NCBI GenBank assembly: GCA_905178155.1
Contig: CAJINV010000007.1
Span: forward strand, 1,328,836-1,392,835
Direction of reading: 5' to 3'
Source of the DNA: Amoebophrya sp. A120
Taxonomy: Eukaryota > Protista > Dinoflagellata
Length of the DNA stretch: 64,000 bases
The notes beneath the pieces are model-generated. The model was not told where the DNA came from and searched no databases. It was given only the letters and a program-made list of their open reading frames with translations. The position numbers were made by a program, and so were the translations under genes. Below are positions 60,020-64,000 of the stretch, one piece after another. Every line of letters starts with the position of its first letter. Positions within the stretch are counted from its first letter, which is position 1.

Positions 60020-60668
60020 GCTGTTACTTCCGTATTTGCCGGTCTGCCTCACAGCCACACGGTGAATGAGAAGAATAGTAGCAGGACGCGTTTTTCATTT
60101 TCAAAGAACAGCTGCATCAAGGTCGACATCGCGTTAGGCTTACAAAAACTGTAGTCCGCGTTCGGGGAATGCAGAAATTGAAACAGATTCTGGAATATCG
60201 AAGGCTCGAGATTTTACCTATCAAAATTAATAGCCTGAAATCGCAAAAAAATATCGATCACAGTCTTGTCAAAGCAGAAAATTTAAATTGCAATGGCAGT
60301 GTGGACAAGCTTCCCTCTCGTAATGAAGCAAGTACCCCCTGGGATCATTGGAGAGGGATTCTCTTGTTGTTCGAGACATCCTAGTGTGCCAATTCGTTAA
60401 AGCTTGTCACCCTGTTAAGAAAGTCCGCGTGTAAGTATAAAAATCAAACTGAATCATGGGCAATTCGGTTGATTTCTGTGTCATTTATCGCACTTCTTCG
60501 GTTTGTCTTCGTACGATGCTCCGATGTCATCTCGCGCCATGCATGTGCTTTGACTAAGTGCTAATCTTCCCCAAGGGGACAACGTAATAAAGCCAAAACT
60601 GTAGAAGCAAGCGAATAATTTTCGAGGAACCAAAAACAACGCAGTGTTTCTTGGTCAAACCAGAAACC

Positions 60669-63272
60669 ATGCTACCCATCCGTTTCTCCACATTCCTCCT
60701 CCTCATCTGGTATGTCGCGTTTCTTCTCTTTGCCGTGTACTACAATTTCACCGTGTCTTGCGTGATCGGGGGCACTTGTTACCAGCGGCACGTCCAGATT
60801 CCCTACCCCGAAGGAACCTTTTCCGGACACCGCGACATCCGCTTCATTCTTGCGGATGTCGCCTGCCAGGAGTCATGCTCAAAAATCTTCGCACAATTGC
60901 ACGGCGTCAACGCAACCAGAACTACAGAAGTACAAGCGTCTATGGGGAGTTTGCCTTCGCCAGCGGGATCATATGAGAACTTCACCGGAGATAAAAAATT
61001 TGTAGCACGACGAGAAGCCAACGGAACCATATCAAGAAACGTCACGAAAAATGCCACGAACTGGAGCGCGGATTTCAACCTGTACGTCCCCAAAGACTAC
61101 GTCATATGCATTGCAAATATGTGTCCTGGGTCTGGAATTTTGACCCGCGAATTCTTGCAAAGACAAAACTATATTGCATGTCTCCAGACCCAGACATGTT
61201 TGCGCTGGATACGTCGAGGCGGTGAACGACAAGATCCCCGCCTACCGCGATAAGTTCGCCGTGAATGACATGGGAGTGTCAGGATTGAAATCGTCAAAGT
61301 TGAAATGATTTGTCATGCATACAATGCAAGGTGGCGTGCGCGTGCCTGTCTTGCCGGGATGGCGAGTGAGGCGGATTGTGAGCCTATTTAGGGTTTGGCA
61401 TAGAGATGCTAAAGGGGCACGACAAAAGCAGTCTTCTGCGCCCAAACAGCATGGCAAACTGGATTTAGACGGTTGCGAAATTTGTCATGCACCGCTTGAA
61501 AATTGGGCTTCCAACTGGTATCGATTTCATGCATTACAAGTTATTTCAACTTTGTCAATTTCAATTCTGACGCTTCCATAAATGAAACGGATCTGCAAGA
61601 AGTACGGGACGGGATTGTGGAAGTCCTCCACGACTCCATTCCGGAACGATGGGAGATAGAACGCTTTAACACCATGGTTCCCTCGTTGCGTTTTAGATTT
61701 GGCATCACCATCGCGAAGAAGTGGGCTGGGGAGAATCTTCTTCTACTTCGTGACGAGCAGGGGGAACAAACAGCACTAGAAGAAAAGGAAAAGGTCAAGC
61801 GCGTGTTGCAGAACCTGATACCGAAGCTCCCGGACGAGGATTGGCTCGCAGGCCGGGAGGCGGAAAAGAAGAGCACTCTCCCGTCCATGTTGCAGGTGGA
61901 CGAGGCGATTTCTGCCGGGGCGGTCAAGCCGCTCTGGGAGGTTTCGATGCGGAAACTGGAGGAACACAAATCTGCGGAGGTTCTTGCGAACGTCCTCGGT
62001 ATGATCCAGACTGCGGGAACAAAAGTAGCTGCGCTCACAAGCTCGTTCTTCGAACAAAACAAAGCAGTTTTTCGAAAAGCACACCGATCCCTACAAGCCG
62101 CAGCACGAACTTTGACGCTGAATTTGTATGATCACCAGTCCCACACTTCCTGCAACCGGAACTGCCAGCAAGTTATCGCCTTGCAAAACTCGATGGAGCG
62201 GATTCCGGAGCAGATGTTTGTCTTAAAGTACTACGGCAGGTGGGCGTTCCTCCCGGTCTTCGGCCTGCACGAGTTCTTTTCCGTTTTGTTTTCCCTTGGA
62301 AACATGATTCCGCATCTCCTGTTCTTTCTCTGGTCCATTGGGCTTTGCGGGACAAAGAAGCGGAAAAAAAGTGAACGAGAAATTACAACGCCAAAAACGA
62401 CCTCCAGGGCTTTGGACAATGGGAGATCATCTACTACTACTTCGGTAACTCCGAATGAGAACAGCGTTGCGAACATCAAGAACAGTGTTCTTGATAAAAA
62501 TACAACTCTTGCTCCTGAAGGTGAAAATAGTTCTCCTGCATCTTCTACTGATCCTTCTGATATAATTCCTTCCTTCCCGGGCCACTCCGTGTTCCAATTT
62601 TACCAGCAATTGTGGCACTTTTTCGGCGTGAACCTCTTCCTGCAGTCGGCGCTGTTCCACGCGTACGAATCGAAAGTGACCCTTTTCCTAGACGTTTTCT
62701 CCGTGCAGCTGACGTTCGTAGTGTCGCTCTTCATGGCGCGGCGGCTGCACTTAATCGGTTTTCAGGTCGAGAAGAGGACTGGGAAGCAAGGTTCTGACCC
62801 GGAAAGAGAACAAGGTGCTGTAGAGGACCCGTCGACGGTGAAACGCGAATGCCTCTGCTTCCTTCTCCCGGCCCTTTTTCTGACGTTGTCCTTCAACCTG
62901 TACAACGCGATTGTGCTGGACAACGCGATCAGCCCGGTCGCGGTCGGGATGCTGATTGGAGGTGTGGGCACGACGCTGTTCTTCGCCTTACCCCTCTTCC
63001 ACAACTGCTACAAGAACATTTTGCTCGACGAAGCGGCTTTTCTCGTGGTCATGATCGGGCCGTTCCCGATGGCGTTCGCCTTCGAGGTGTTGGACTTCCC
63101 GCCGAGCGAATTTTTCTACTTGCTGGACGCGCATGCCATGTGGCACTTGGCGACCATCCCGATGCAGATCTGGTGGTGGAGGGTGTTTGTGCATTTGGAG
63201 AAGTGCTTGGTCACCCATGCGAGTGAAGAAACCTCGAAAGATGCGGTGGGTATCAGAAAGAAGAACGAGTAG
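60669..63272 (+). CDS. PGAP3: Per1/PGAP3-family GPI-remodelling protein with long luminal insertion
   Basis: KYYGRWAFLPVFGLHEFFSVLFSLGN, SALFHAYE, FEVLDFPP..LLDAHAMWHLATIP; C-terminal KKxx-like RKKNE; two introners. Confidence 0.85.
61105..61211. mobile_element. Minimal family A introner, 107 bp
   Basis: Both TIRs with short interior; direct repeat CGTCA/CGTCG; frame restored. Confidence 0.88.
61269..61580. mobile_element. Introner, family F (left end CAT variant)
   Basis: Similar to 23837-24153; direct repeat AATGA; VN-ETDLQ restored. Confidence 0.92.
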
Positions 63273-63747
63273 AATTTTTGTTGTACCGTGGAGACAATAA
63301 ACCTATTCGTTGTACTATCTGAGAGGAGAAGTAGAGGAACAACAACGATCTCTGCATATTTCTGAATTTGAAGGAGAGCAAGAACCAGATTTGTATCTGA
63401 AAGAAATAAGAAGAAGAACAGCTGTCAAAAACCCGTGTATTTATTTCTTCTGTCGGTATCTGAATGTTGGAAAAAAAAAAGAGAAAGTGACGCTGTGAGA
63501 CCCAGAAATCAATGGACTCCGCCCGTGCGGACTCGTTTCAGGTTTCCCGGGAAACCTTCGGCTTAGCTCGTGCTAAAGTGTGTTGCAACGCAACTTAAAA
63601 CGCGGCGCGCGCATGGACTCCGCTGCTGTTTGTGGGCACAACCGCGCCGCGTCTGTGTTGCAGTCTCTTGTGCCCAAAGCGCCGCAGTCGGCTGCGGATT
63701 GCGAGCAACCTGGCGGCCCCGGCAAACCGGCGCACATTTTCGCCTGG

Positions 63748-64000
63748 CCTAACTTGGGCCGCTTCAGACGATCTTCCGCCGGTGGCACGGCCTCGCTTTG
63801 CCGTTTTCGGAAGAGGATTCCTCAGAGGATTCCAAAATCCTCTCAGGAATCCTCTGGCCCAATTTGGGCCGTCTTCCGCGCCCTTCCCCCGATGGCACTG
63901 CCCCGATTTCGGGAGAGGTTTCCACAGAGGATTCCTCAGAGGATTCCTCAGAGGATTCCAAAATCCTCTCAGGAATCCTCTGGCCCAATTTGGGCCGTCT
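63748..64000. repeat. Start of tandem repeat (~127-bp period) with GAGGATTCCTCA subrepeats
   Basis: CAGAGGATTCCAAAATCCTCTCAGGAATCCTCTGGCCCAATTTGGGCCGTCT occurs at ~63822-63873 and ~63949-64000; runs off the window. Confidence 0.8.

Noticed and set aside
8-61580. Ciliate-type IES (DNA elimination) as explanation for the TA-bounded inserts
   Set aside because: Standard genetic code, GC-rich exons and variable 5-bp repeats outside the TA fit introners better; not formally excluded without comparing DNA and RNA reads.
9571-62479. Numerous minus-strand and alternate-frame ORFs overlapping genes
   Set aside because: Shadows of GC3-rich + strand exons or translations of introner sequence (recurring peptides such as PDPDIF, KNPPSPY, ILSKNVPTPE).

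Overview
Eukaryotic genomic DNA, inferred to be a parasitic dinoflagellate of the Syndiniales (Amoebophrya-like). This rests on the intron architecture and the unidirectional gene cluster; no database check was possible. About 15 protein-coding genes all lie on the + strand: SPF45/RBM17-like splicing factor, STPG-repeat Q/P-rich protein, MLO-family protein with EF-hands, inactive calpain-like protein, coiled-coil/GAR-like protein, GT2 glycosyltransferase, MFS sugar transporter, SLC35A nucleotide-sugar transporter, COPI-associated protein, Methyltransf_22 protein, a 957-aa membrane protein and PGAP3/Per1. The dominant feature is 36 'introner' elements (107-1344 bp, about 9 TIR families) inserted in coding exons. 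Nearly all begin TAT and end ATA, carry terminal inverted repeats and are flanked by 5-bp direct repeats (degenerate in a few copies). Removing the element plus one repeat copy restores the reading frame in each case I traced, although most lack GT-AG ends. Copies occur in both orientations, share an internal TGT(C/G/A)ATGC motif across families, cluster around tiny exons, and grade into canonical GT-AG introns. A separate 1.43-kb TIR element with an unusual 40-bp direct repeat also interrupts a CDS. Coordinates were counted by hand and may be off by a few bases.
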